Source of the DNA: Minisyncoccota bacterium
Lineage (GTDB): Bacteria; Patescibacteriota; Minisyncoccia; Phycocordibacterales; UBA9973
DNA: 64,000 nt
Direction of reading: 5' to 3'
Assembly (NCBI GenBank): GCA_041650615.1
Contig: JBAZKU010000001.1
Location: 319,277 to 383,276, forward strand
The position numbers were made by a program, and so were the translations under genes. Under the pieces are notes generated by a model that did no database searches, was not told the DNA's origin, and saw only the letters and a list, made by a program, of their open reading frames with translations. This document shows, one piece after another, positions 10,342-19,109 of the stretch (positions within the stretch are counted from its first letter, which is position 1; every line of letters begins with the position of its first letter).

Positions 10342-10426
10342 AAAAAAGGGCGAATACAAAAGTTTTCGCAGAGAGCAACTGGATTCTTTTTTGCTCGCCA
10401 GAAAATTTTTGTATTCGCCCTTTTTT
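10342..10426. promoter_or_regulatory. Large perfect inverted repeat (20-bp arms, 45-nt structured spacer) between the KH-domain gene and trmD; terminator/attenuator-like
   Basis: AAAAAAGGGCGAATACAAAA (10342-10361) and TTTTGTATTCGCCCTTTTTT (10407-10426); on the mRNA strand the 3' arm is followed by a U-run ending 16 nt before the trmD AUG; loop has its own small stem (GCGAGCAA/TTGCTC). Confidence 0.45.
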
Positions 10427-10433
10427 AAAAAAA

Positions 10434-10757
10434 CTAAATCCCCTTTAAATCTTCCATCGCTTGGTCAACAGTCTTTGTTGAACTTGGAGTACTTGCAGGC
10501 CTTGTGCTTCCTTCCGGTTCGTTGATTTTCAAGTTTACACGGGCATTATTTTTCATACCTATGATTCGTAACAGAGTACGAATAGCTTTTGCCGTGTTCC
10601 CCATTCTTCCAATAATCTTGCCCATATCGGCAGGATTTACGGTAAGACTGATGAGTACACCCATTTCATCAACAGTACGATCGAGTTTTACATCGTTCGG
10701 ATTGTCTACTAGCGCCTTTACTACATATTCCAGAAATACTTTATCAGCGTCTTGCAT
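10434..10757 (-). CDS. KH-domain RNA-binding protein (YlqC/UPF0109 family)
   Basis: GKIIGRMGNTAKAIRTLL KH-type GxxG-like core; classic position between rpsP and trmD. Confidence 0.75.
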   Translation of the reverse strand: MQDADKVFLEYVVKALVDNPNDVKLDRTVDEMGVLISLTVNPADMGKIIGRMGNTAKAIRTLLRIIGMKNNARVNLKINEPEGSTRPASTPSSTKTVDQAMEDLKGI

Positions 10758-10845
10758 ATGTGTTCAGAAATATTTTATTTTTAAATGTTTGGCAGCGTTA
10801 CGACCTTAAGAAATTATTTTCACTGCTTGCTGTAATTATACAAAA

Positions 10846-11154
10846 TTATTTTTTAGCTTTCAACTCCTTCCTTTTCTGTGTTGGCTTTTTCTTCGGCAAT
10901 ACATTTACTTTCTTACCTTCTATAGCTTTTTGATGTACCATAAAATTATGCATTGTGTCGGAAAGTTTCGCTCCTTTAGAAACCCAATATTTTATTCTAT
11001 CAACTTCAAACTTTGTTTCCCCCGCTTTTGGATTATAAGTACCGACTATTTCCAAAAATTTTCCGCTTTTGGTGCTGTTTTTTGAATCAGTCAAAACCGC
11101 CCGGAACGATGGGTCATTCTTTCTGCCAATTCTTTGTAATCTTATTTTTAACAT
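10846..11154 (-). CDS. rpsP: 30S ribosomal protein S16
   Basis: MLKIRLQRIGRKNDPSFRAV...GTYNPKAGETKFEVDRIKYWVSKGAKLSDTM matches bS16. Confidence 0.93.
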   Translation of the reverse strand: MLKIRLQRIGRKNDPSFRAVLTDSKNSTKSGKFLEIVGTYNPKAGETKFEVDRIKYWVSKGAKLSDTMHNFMVHQKAIEGKKVNVLPKKKPTQKRKELKAKK

Positions 11155-11216
11155 ATTGCTATACTAGCATAAAAATTTTAAAAGGCAAACACGAAAAATT
11201 ATGTTATATTAAAAGA

Positions 11217-13172
11217 GTGAAAAAGGAAGCAAAAAAAATCCCCAAAAAAATTCAAGGTATTATTTCTATTTCTTCCAAAGGTACTGGATATGTAAAGGTT
11301 CTAGATGAAGAGAGTCGCCTCCTCGGTGACCTGTCGGAGAGGCAGGATGTAGAAATTGATTTTAGACATTTAAATACGGCTCTTCACGGCGATACGGTTG
11401 AAATTATATTACATTCAAAAGGAAAAGGCCGTCTAACAGCTGAAGTATCAAAAATAATTTCGCGAGCAAAGGTTGGTTTTTCTGGAGTTTTGGAAAAAGA
11501 AGACGGCATATTCTTTTTGAAACCGGACGATACAAAAATGTATACGGATATTTTAATATCCCCTATAATGTTAAATGGGGCAAAAGCCGGACAAAAAGTT
11601 TATGCGGAAATAATATCTTGGAAAGACCCACTCAAAGCACCGGAAGGTAAAGTGATAAAAATTTTGGGCAAACCGGGCGACAATAATGCTGAAATGTATG
11701 CTATAGCGCTAGAGAAAGGTTTTGATAGCGACCTGCCAAGAAAAGTGGAAGAAGAAGCACAAAAAATTAAAGCTCTTGGTGTTAAAGATGAAGACTTTGC
11801 GGGAAGACGCGATTTTAGAAAAACTCTTACTTTTACTATTGATCCGGAGAATGCAAAAGATTTTGATGATGCTATTTCATTTAAAGAAATTGAAAAAGAT
11901 AAATATGAAATAGGTATCCACATAGCCGATGTAACACATTATGTAAAAATCGGAAGTGAGCTTGATAAGGAAGCAAAAAAACGAGGAACCTCAGTATATT
12001 TGGTCGACAGAACAATATCAATGCTTCCGGAAATTCTTTCCAACGATTTATGTTCCCTCTTGCCCCATAAAGACAGACTTTCTATGAGTGCGGTTTTTGT
12101 GTTAGATAAAAACGCAAAGGTTTTAAAAGAATGGTATGGACGCACAGTGATAAATTCTAAGAAGAGATTTACTTATGAGGAAGCGGAAGAATCTATTAAA
12201 AAAAGTTCGGCGCCATTTCACAAAGAACTTTCTATTTTGAACAATTTGGCAAAAAAATTAACCAGAGAAAGATTCGCGAATGGTGCAATTTCGCTTGACC
12301 AAGAAGAAGTAAAATTTATTTTGGATAAAAGTGGAATACCGATAAAAGTAATAAAAAAGGAACGAGGTGATTCAAACAGATTGATTGAAGAATTTATGCT
12401 TTTGGCAAATAAAAAAGTCGCGGAAACAATTTCAAAAGGCATAAAAAATGAAAAGGGTGTATTTGTTTATCGTATACATGACAGCCCAAGCAAGGAAAAA
12501 ATGACCGACTTGGCATTTTTCCTAAGAAGTTTAGGACATAAGGTATCCTTGGTGGATGGAATCATTCCAACTTATGAAATAAACAATCTTTTAAAAAGCT
12601 TGTCGGGTAAAAATGAAGAAGACACAGTCCAACGCGCAGTAGTGCGTTCTATGGCAAAAGCTATTTATTCTACAAAAAATATAGGGCATTATGGTTTGGC
12701 TTTTGAATATTATGCCCATTTTACTTCCCCCATCAGACGATATCCAGACATAGTGGTACACAGACTTTTGACTGATTATTTAAAAGGATTAAAAGTAGGC
12801 AAGGAAAAATTAAGTATTTATGAGGAAATTTCCAGAAAATCATCAGAGCGAGAAAAATATGCGGCAGATGCTGAAAGAGCTTCCATTAAATATAAACAGG
12901 TTGAGTATATGTCTTTCCGTGTCGGGAAAATTTTTAGAGGAATTGTGAGTGGAATAACCGAATGGGGCATTTATGTGGAAGAAGAAGAAACAAAGTGCGA
13001 GGGACTCGTGCGTGTGCGGGATATGAAAGATGATTTTTATGTTTTTAATGAAAAAAAATTGGAATTGGTTGGGAAAAAAAGAAAGAAAAAATACCGTTTG
13101 GGTGATCGTGTTAAAATAAAAGTAAAAAATGTTGATTTGGAAAGAAAAACAATAGATTACGTATTGAATTGA
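11217..13172 (+). CDS. rnr: Ribonuclease R (RNB family 3'-5' exoribonuclease, cold-shock + RNB + S1 domains)
   Basis: RNB catalytic region (DDAISF...GIHIADVTHYV; HYGLAFEYYAHFTSPIRRYPD) and C-terminal S1-like/basic tail. Track ORF (11013..) overlaps rpsP on the opposite strand, so the start was moved to in-frame GTG at 11217 (ORF track evidently renders GTG/TTG starts as M); exact start uncertain. Confidence 0.85.
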   Translation: MKKEAKKIPKKIQGIISISSKGTGYVKVLDEESRLLGDLSERQDVEIDFRHLNTALHGDTVEIILHSKGKGRLTAEVSKIISRAKVGFSGVLEKEDGIFFLKPDDTKMYTDILISPIMLNGAKAGQKVYAEIISWKDPLKAPEGKVIKILGKPGDNNAEMYAIALEKGFDSDLPRKVEEEAQKIKALGVKDEDFAGRRDFRKTLTFTIDPENAKDFDDAISFKEIEKDKYEIGIHIADVTHYVKIGSELDKEAKKRGTSVYLVDRTISMLPEILSNDLCSLLPHKDRLSMSAVFVLDKNAKVLKEWYGRTVINSKKRFTYEEAEESIKKSSAPFHKELSILNNLAKKLTRERFANGAISLDQEEVKFILDKSGIPIKVIKKERGDSNRLIEEFMLLANKKVAETISKGIKNEKGVFVYRIHDSPSKEKMTDLAFFLRSLGHKVSLVDGIIPTYEINNLLKSLSGKNEEDTVQRAVVRSMAKAIYSTKNIGHYGLAFEYYAHFTSPIRRYPDIVVHRLLTDYLKGLKVGKEKLSIYEEISRKSSEREKYAADAERASIKYKQVEYMSFRVGKIFRGIVSGITEWGIYVEEEETKCEGLVRVRDMKDDFYVFNEKKLELVGKKRKKKYRLGDRVKIKVKNVDLERKTIDYVLN

Positions 13173-13173
13173 C

Positions 13174-15054
13174 ATGAAGGATATTATCAGACTAAAAATT
13201 AAATTCGGATTTTGGATAACATCTGCCATTATTATTGGTATATTTTTTTCTTCTCTTCTATTAAAAGGCGTTTCGTACAAACAAACAGAATCACAAAAAA
13301 GTGCTGCCATAGTGATAGAATCTTTGGCTTCAGAAGAAACAACGCCTCAATATTTTTATTTCACCAAGGATCCAAGTCAAAAACCTAAGGTCGGGGCAGG
13401 AGCATACCTAGTCGGTGACCTAGATACAGGAGAAATTATTTTGACAAAAAATGAAGATAGGCAATTCCCAATTGCCTCGGTTTCCAAGCTTATGACAGCA
13501 ACTCTTGCAACAGAATTAATGAAACCGGATGATATAGCTTCAGTTTCTAAAAAGGCGCTAAGTACTTATGGAGAAAATGGTAATTTAAAATTGGGAGAAA
13601 AAATAAAAATTTCAGATCTTATTTATCCCCTACTCTTAGAATCAAGCAATGATGCGGGAGAAGTAATAGCTGAATATTTCGGCAGAGATATTTTTATAAA
13701 AAAAATGAATCAAATGGCTCTTAAGTTGGAATTGTCTAAAACCACTTTTGAAGACCCAAGCGGACTTTCTATAAAAAATCAATCAACCGTTTTTGACATG
13801 TTTAAATTAGCGGGATACATAAATCAAAAAAACCCGGGGTTACTTAAAATTACGACAGAAAAAAGTTACTCTAATAAAAAACATATTTGGTTTAGCAATA
13901 ATCAATTTCTCCACGAAGATGGTTATTTGGGCGGGAAAAGCGGATACACAGACCCCGCTCTGCAAACAGTTGTTTCCCTTTTTTCCATTCCCTTGGGAGA
14001 ATCCGGGGCACGTAATATAGCCATTACTCTTTTGCAAAGCAAAGACCGTTACAAGGATGTGGAAAGCATTTTAAAATATTTGAATAAAAATATATATTAT
14101 GGAGGAGAAACCGACGCTAATACTGCCTGGGTAAAAGAAAGAACCGATATCCCTTTTTATGACCAAGATTTTGTCGCTCTTTCTTTTGGCGGGGATATGA
14201 TGCTTGACCGCGGAGTAGAAAGTTCCGTAAATAAAAACTTTAATGGAGATTATTCAATTCTTTTTGAAAAACTTGGAATCTTAAAAAAATCGGATATTGC
14301 TTTTGCTAATCTAGAGGGTCCGGCCTCCGACACGGGTAAAGATATGCGTAATCTATATTCGTTTAGAATGAGCCCTTCCGTTATCCCCGCCTTAAAAGGA
14401 GCGGGATTATCTATAGTTTCGGTTTCCAATAATCATGCCGGAGACTGGGGACGAGATGCCTATAGCGATACATTAGCAAATTTAAAAGAAAATGAAATTT
14501 TATACACAGGAGGAGGAATAAATGAAAGTGAAGCCGAACAACCGATTGTTATTGAAAAATATGGAATGAAAATAGGATATTTAGGGTTTTCGGATGTAGG
14601 ACCAAATTGGATGAAAGCAACAGGGAATGAAGCCGGAGTACTTCTTGCAAGCAATCCTCGCTTTGACGAAATAGTGCAAAATGCTTCCAAACAAGTTGAT
14701 TATTTAGTGGTAACGTTTCATTTTGGAGAAGAATATCAAACCGAACATAATGCCAGACAAGAATATCTGGCGCATAAAGCGATAGATGCCGGCGCGAAAA
14801 TTATAATCGGCACGCATCCACACGTAGTGGAAGATACGGAAGTTTATAAAAATGGTTTTATCGCTTATTCTTTGGGCAACCTTATTTTTGACCAGGGCTT
14901 TTCGCAAAATACCATGCAAGGCATGCTTCTGGAAATTAAATTAAACAGAGATGGAAGTATGTCTATAAAGAAAAATACCGTTAAATTAAACAAATTTTTC
15001 CAGCCAGATAAAATAATTTTAGGTAAAGAGGAAAAAGTGGTTTTTGAGAAATAA
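13174..15054 (+). CDS. Fusion: membrane-anchored S11 D-Ala-D-Ala carboxypeptidase (PBP5-like) + CapA/PgsA-family metallophosphatase domain
   Basis: N-terminal TM; SxxK (SVSKLMT), SxN (ESSNDAG), KSG (KSGYTDP) motifs of DD-carboxypeptidase; C-terminal half has CapA motifs (GGDMMLDRGV, FANLEGP, SVSNNHAGDWG, HFGEEYQ, GTHPHVVED, SLGNLIFDQ). Confidence 0.75.
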   Translation: MKDIIRLKIKFGFWITSAIIIGIFFSSLLLKGVSYKQTESQKSAAIVIESLASEETTPQYFYFTKDPSQKPKVGAGAYLVGDLDTGEIILTKNEDRQFPIASVSKLMTATLATELMKPDDIASVSKKALSTYGENGNLKLGEKIKISDLIYPLLLESSNDAGEVIAEYFGRDIFIKKMNQMALKLELSKTTFEDPSGLSIKNQSTVFDMFKLAGYINQKNPGLLKITTEKSYSNKKHIWFSNNQFLHEDGYLGGKSGYTDPALQTVVSLFSIPLGESGARNIAITLLQSKDRYKDVESILKYLNKNIYYGGETDANTAWVKERTDIPFYDQDFVALSFGGDMMLDRGVESSVNKNFNGDYSILFEKLGILKKSDIAFANLEGPASDTGKDMRNLYSFRMSPSVIPALKGAGLSIVSVSNNHAGDWGRDAYSDTLANLKENEILYTGGGINESEAEQPIVIEKYGMKIGYLGFSDVGPNWMKATGNEAGVLLASNPRFDEIVQNASKQVDYLVVTFHFGEEYQTEHNARQEYLAHKAIDAGAKIIIGTHPHVVEDTEVYKNGFIAYSLGNLIFDQGFSQNTMQGMLLEIKLNRDGSMSIKKNTVKLNKFFQPDKIILGKEEKVVFEK

Positions 15055-15060
15055 AAAAGC
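15041..15060. repeat. Left copy of 19-20-bp direct repeat TTTTTGAGAAATAAAAAAGC (right copy at 16121..16139)
   Basis: Identical except one A in the A-run; the two copies bracket a 1.06-kb segment with two minus-strand genes; left copy is the last codons + stop of the CapA-fusion gene. Confidence 0.6.
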
Positions 15061-15102
15061 CACACAACTTTAGTTATGCGACTTTCCATATAAAAAAGAA
15101 AA

Positions 15103-15522
15103 TTAACAATATCTTTCGGATCCAACACAAAGACAAAGAACTAAACAAAATATAAACACCACAACAACATCAAGAGCAACTATCACGGAAAGTACCACAC
15201 ATAACATCTTTATACCAATCATTATAATACCAGTTGCAGGCCATTGTAGGGACATAATTCCTGTAAGAATACTTACCCAACCGATAATTCCGATAATTCC
15301 AGCAATTAAGATTAGCAATTGTTCATAGGAATTATCAAATGAATTTTTTAAAAACCCCTTAATAATTAAAACAATTATTGTTAGTACCCCTGATACAGCT
15401 ATCATTCCAGAAGTATAATTTTGATTTAATTCACCAATAATGCTGATTAAACAAACAACAAGAATAACAATGAATACTGCAAAAAAACGAAAAAGGGATG
15501 TTTCCATGACATATCTCCTCAA
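15103..15522 (-). CDS. Small polytopic membrane protein, unknown function
   Basis: 139 aa, about four hydrophobic helices, no recognisable motif. Confidence 0.4.
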   Translation of the reverse strand: MRRYVMETSLFRFFAVFIVILVVCLISIIGELNQNYTSGMIAVSGVLTIIVLIIKGFLKNSFDNSYEQLLILIAGIIGIIGWVSILTGIMSLQWPATGIIMIGIKMLCVVLSVIVALDVVVVFIFCLVLCLCVGSERYC

Positions 15523-15637
15523 TTAATATTTAATTGTGAAAAACAAATTTTGTTTTAATTTTCTTATATTATATATCCATTTTACAAAAAAGTCAACAAA
15601 TTACACATATACGCCATGGCGTAAATGGGGATACGAG

Positions 15638-16018
15638 TTAAGGTTTTTTTACATAAGATTTGGCTAATTTAAATGTCTTGAAGTTATCCCCTATTTTTAT
15701 TTCTTTTAGATAATCCAAAAAATCTTTTGGCAACGGAGAAGGTCCAACCCAGACACTTTTTTGAATCATTATATAGCCGAACTTTATTAGGTGTCTTCGT
15801 AGCCAATCACGTTCTTTCTTTTGCTGTTCCGGGATATCATACATTAAAATTAAGTTCTTAGAAGAATTTTTCTTAAAAGGCGAAGAAAAAGTAATATGAT
15901 AAAAATTTCTTTTTCTGTTTTCTTTTTTTGTTCTATTTTTCCTCCCTTCTAAGAAGATTGGAATACCTAAAGAATTTACTCTTACTCCTTTATAAAATAA
16001 TTTTCTTTTCGAACTCAT
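15638..16018 (-). CDS. Cas2/VapD-superfamily small endoribonuclease-like protein with a basic N-terminal extension (orphan; no Cas1 or CRISPR array in window)
   Basis: LILMYDIPEQQKKERDWLRRHLIKFGYIMIQKSVWVG...DNFKTFKL fits the Cas2/VapD pattern (hhhhYDhx7Rx2Lx3Lx3Gx2hQxSVax; cf. Cas2 LVLVTYDV...RLRKVAKVCQNYGQRVQNSVFEC and VapD LAFDL...LRQELELLGFEWTQGSVYV). ~45-aa Lys/Arg-rich N-terminal extension. Confidence 0.45.
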   Translation of the reverse strand: MSSKRKLFYKGVRVNSLGIPIFLEGRKNRTKKENRKRNFYHITFSSPFKKNSSKNLILMYDIPEQQKKERDWLRRHLIKFGYIMIQKSVWVGPSPLPKDFLDYLKEIKIGDNFKTFKLAKSYVKKP

Positions 16019-16036
16019 ATATAAATGATATCACTA

Positions 16037-16068
16037 TATACACATATACGCTATAGCGTATATGTGTA
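16037..16068. promoter_or_regulatory. Perfect 32-bp palindrome ATACACATATACGC-TATA-GCGTATATGTGTAT in the promoter region of the Cas2/VapD-like gene (putative operator)
   Basis: 14-bp arms around TATA, 19-50 nt upstream of the start codon; a degenerate copy (ACACATATACGCcatgGCGTAaATGgGg) lies just downstream of the gene at 15602-15628. Confidence 0.5.
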
Positions 16069-16120
16069 TTATCACACTAAAGTGATTTATTTACTAAAAT
16101 AGGCAAAGAAAAGAAAATTA

Positions 16121-16139
16121 TTTTTGAGAAATAAAAAGC
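16121..16139. repeat. Right copy of the 19-bp direct repeat TTTTTGAGAAATAAAAAGC
   Basis: See 15041..15060; 35 nt beyond the smc stop codon. Confidence 0.6.
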
Positions 16140-16173
16140 TCCCTGACAAGGGTGGGGGTTGTATTTTAAAAAA

Positions 16174-18411
16174 TTATTTGGCAATTGCGGCGGCTTCGTC
16201 AAGTTTTACTGAGAGAAGTTTTGAAGCACCGTCGTTGCCGATAGTGACACCATATAGGATACCGGCGCGGGACATTGTTTCCCTGTTATGGGTAACAACG
16301 ATGAGCTGTGAATGACGAGAAAGTTTTTCTAACATATCTCCGTATTTACGAGAATTAGCTTCATCAAGTGCTGCATCTGTCTCATCTAGAACCAAAAAGG
16401 GCGGAGGGTTTACTTGGGACATGGCAAAAAGAAGAGCAATAGAGGTAAGAGACCTTTCTCCTCCCGAGAGCGCTTTGAGTTCCTTTACTTTTTTATGCGG
16501 AAGCGAAACATTGATTTCAATACCCTGTTCAGGGACAATTTCCTCCTCATCTTCCATATTTTCTTCCAAATCTCCTTCTTCTCCTTCTTTTTTCTGTTTA
16601 TTTTCAGTTATAACAGAAAGATACCCTGTTCCCCCGCCGAACATTAATGAAAAGAATTTTCCAAATTCCACGTTTATTTTTTCAACGCCTTCTTTAAACT
16701 CCATATCTATTTTCTCTTTCAAGTCGGCTATAAGTTTGCGGAGTGATTCTATGCTTGTTACCAAATCTTCCATTTCTTTCGCTAGAAAATTATCCCTTTC
16801 TGAAACTTCTTCAAATTCTTTAATCAGCTCAGACCCCCCGCCTAGGCCGACATCTTCCAGTTTCATTTTGATGCGTTCAATTTTTTTTCTTAGTTCTTCT
16901 TGCGTATTTCTATCTATTGACCCGTTTATTTCGAAATTTTTATAAGATAAGATTTCACTGCCAATAAGCACTGAACCTTCTTTTATTTCATTTTCATACG
17001 CTTCCACCTCTTTTGACAAATTTTCTTCCTTTACGGCTATAAGCCCCAGAGAAGAGGATAATTCTTGTTGTCTGACTCTAAAATTAAATTTTTCCTTCTC
17101 CCTGGAGTGTAAAATTTCGTTTTCCTGATTTATTTCCTTTTTCAATATTTCTATTTTTTCAATAATTTTCTTTTCTTCGTTTTCAATATTCTGCATTTCA
17201 GCCAAAATCTTTTGTTTTTCTATCTTTAAATTCTCTAATTCTTCGTTTGTAGAAAGTTTTTCTGTTTTATAAGAATAATGATTAAATTTATTTAAAATAT
17301 CTTTTATTCTAAAAAGAATAATTTTAATTTCCGCTGCATTTTCTTCTATTATTGCTTCTTCTATCTCGTTATTAATCTCGTTAAAAATTTCTTTTATTTC
17401 TTCTGGATTTTGGATTGCAATTTCTGGTGCTTTCTTACTTCTGCGCTCTTCCATCTCTATCATTCCTTCTATTCTTCCTAATTTACGCTCTATCTCACTT
17501 CTAATTGCGCGAATTTCACCGATTTTTTTCTCAAATATTTTTAATTCTTTTTCTTTTTCACTTTCTTCCTTTTTATTTATTTCTTCGACGCTGGAAATCT
17601 TCTCTTTAATATTTTCCAATTCCGCAGAAATTTTATTTTTTTCCAAAAATAAGCTTGATTGTTCCTTTTCCAAATAAACACTTTCCTTCTTCAAATATTC
17701 CCTATAAAGAGATAATAAGGTCGCTTGCATTTCTTTTGCTTTTTCAAATTTATCTACCTGTTTCTTAAGGAAATTCAAATGGGGGGCATTTTCCCGGCGT
17801 AAAAGCGAGACTTCCTTCATATTATTGGTTGTTTTTTCCAATTTGCGTCCGGCTTCTTTAATTTTGTATTGATAAATTTTAAGGCCGAGAGCATCTTCCA
17901 CCATTTCCCTTCTGTCTTTTGGCGACGCATTCAAAATCCTATCCGCTTCGCCTTGTGAAATAATATGATGCCCAGAAGAACCGATATTAACCGACGATAA
18001 AAGATTGTTGATATCTTTTAATCTTACTTCCGAACCGTTTAAAATATATTTATTCAATCCGTCAGAATAAACTTCGCGGGAAATTGAGATGATATCGTAA
18101 TTCAGATTAATATCTTCGCCTCCCTCATTAGAGAGCTTGAAAACCTTATCAGAATTATCAAAATATATGGTAACGGTCGCGCGCGAGCTTTTTGGCAGAT
18201 TTTTGGATCCTTTAAAAATTAAATCGGAACCTAAGCTTCCCCGCATTGATTTCATTGATTGTTCGCCCAAAACAAAACGAAGCGCTTCTACCACATTTGA
18301 CTTACCAGACCCGTTGGGGCCCACAATAGAAACAATGGGATTTTGGAATTCCAAAATTGTTTTTTTATAAAAAGATTTAAAGCCGTTTATTTCAAGATTT
18401 TTAAGTCGCAT
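16174..18411 (-). CDS. smc: Compact SMC-family chromosome segregation ATPase (745 aa)
   Basis: N-terminus MRLKNLEINGFKSFYKKTILEFQNPIVSIVGPNGSGKSNVVEALRFVLGEQS (Walker A) and C-terminus LSGGERSLTSIALLFAMSQ...LVLDETDAALDEAN (signature + Walker B) with Glu/Lys-rich coiled coil between; no obvious canonical hinge domain. Confidence 0.85.
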   Translation of the reverse strand: MRLKNLEINGFKSFYKKTILEFQNPIVSIVGPNGSGKSNVVEALRFVLGEQSMKSMRGSLGSDLIFKGSKNLPKSSRATVTIYFDNSDKVFKLSNEGGEDINLNYDIISISREVYSDGLNKYILNGSEVRLKDINNLLSSVNIGSSGHHIISQGEADRILNASPKDRREMVEDALGLKIYQYKIKEAGRKLEKTTNNMKEVSLLRRENAPHLNFLKKQVDKFEKAKEMQATLLSLYREYLKKESVYLEKEQSSLFLEKNKISAELENIKEKISSVEEINKKEESEKEKELKIFEKKIGEIRAIRSEIERKLGRIEGMIEMEERRSKKAPEIAIQNPEEIKEIFNEINNEIEEAIIEENAAEIKIILFRIKDILNKFNHYSYKTEKLSTNEELENLKIEKQKILAEMQNIENEEKKIIEKIEILKKEINQENEILHSREKEKFNFRVRQQELSSSLGLIAVKEENLSKEVEAYENEIKEGSVLIGSEILSYKNFEINGSIDRNTQEELRKKIERIKMKLEDVGLGGGSELIKEFEEVSERDNFLAKEMEDLVTSIESLRKLIADLKEKIDMEFKEGVEKINVEFGKFFSLMFGGGTGYLSVITENKQKKEGEEGDLEENMEDEEEIVPEQGIEINVSLPHKKVKELKALSGGERSLTSIALLFAMSQVNPPPFLVLDETDAALDEANSRKYGDMLEKLSRHSQLIVVTHNRETMSRAGILYGVTIGNDGASKLLSVKLDEAAAIAK

Positions 18412-18412
18412 A

Positions 18413-19108
18413 TTATTCCATCCAATTTTTTATTCTTAATGCCATTTCGGCTGCTTTCTGTTCCGCTTCCTGTTTTGACTTACCTTTGCCTTCGGCAACC
18501 AAACTGGAACCAAAAAAGATACCTACAGTAAAGTGCTTATCATGATCAGGGCCTGACTCGTGCAAAACTTTATAAGCGGGTGTAACTCCGACGAATTCTT
18601 GCACTTTTTCCTGCACTAAACTTTTTGCGTCACGCCAAAGCTTCTTAGAAACAATTTCTTCCGTATGAGGCAAAAGAGTGGCAATTACAAATTTATTTAC
18701 AACATTATATCCTTGGTCTAAATAAACCGCTCCGATATATGCTTCAAAAGTATTAGCTAAAATATATTGCCTTGCCTTGCCATTATCTTTCCCTTCGCCT
18801 TTGGATAAAAGTAAATAATCATTCATTCCGATTTTTAGGGCAACTTCGGAAATAATAATGGCGTTTACTAAAGCTGAACGAATAGCGGTTAATTCTCCTT
18901 CCGTGTAGTTCGGATATTTTTTATAAAGAAAGTCAGTGACGATAAGTTCAAGCACGGCATCACCTAAGAATTCCAAGCGTTCATTGTGTGAAAGACGAGA
19001 ACCCGGGTTTTCATTTATATAAGAACGGTGAATAAAAGCCTGCTTGAGCAGATTTTTATCCTTAAAAACTATTTTTGTATTTTTTTCAAAATCCGAAAAA
19101 TTAATCAT
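18413..19108 (-). CDS. rnc: Ribonuclease III
   Basis: RNase III signature ERLEFLGDAVLELIV, C-terminal dsRBD. Confidence 0.92.
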   Translation of the reverse strand: MINFSDFEKNTKIVFKDKNLLKQAFIHRSYINENPGSRLSHNERLEFLGDAVLELIVTDFLYKKYPNYTEGELTAIRSALVNAIIISEVALKIGMNDYLLLSKGEGKDNGKARQYILANTFEAYIGAVYLDQGYNVVNKFVIATLLPHTEEIVSKKLWRDAKSLVQEKVQEFVGVTPAYKVLHESGPDHDKHFTVGIFFGSSLVAEGKGKSKQEAEQKAAEMALRIKNWME

Positions 19109-19109
19109 T

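Noticed and set aside
11013-11216. Upstream extension of the RNase R ORF (track start 11013)
   Set aside because: Extension overlaps rpsP on the opposite strand and encodes low-complexity sequence; start moved to in-frame GTG at 11217.
15523-16173. Possible CRISPR array or Cas1 near the Cas2-like gene
   Set aside because: No regularly spaced direct repeats and no Cas1-like ORF on either strand; only two palindromes and the cassette-flanking 19-bp repeats.
16421-16945. 174-aa Ser/Phe-rich plus-strand ORF
   Set aside because: Antisense inside smc; compositional artefact of the Glu/Lys-rich coiled-coil coding strand.
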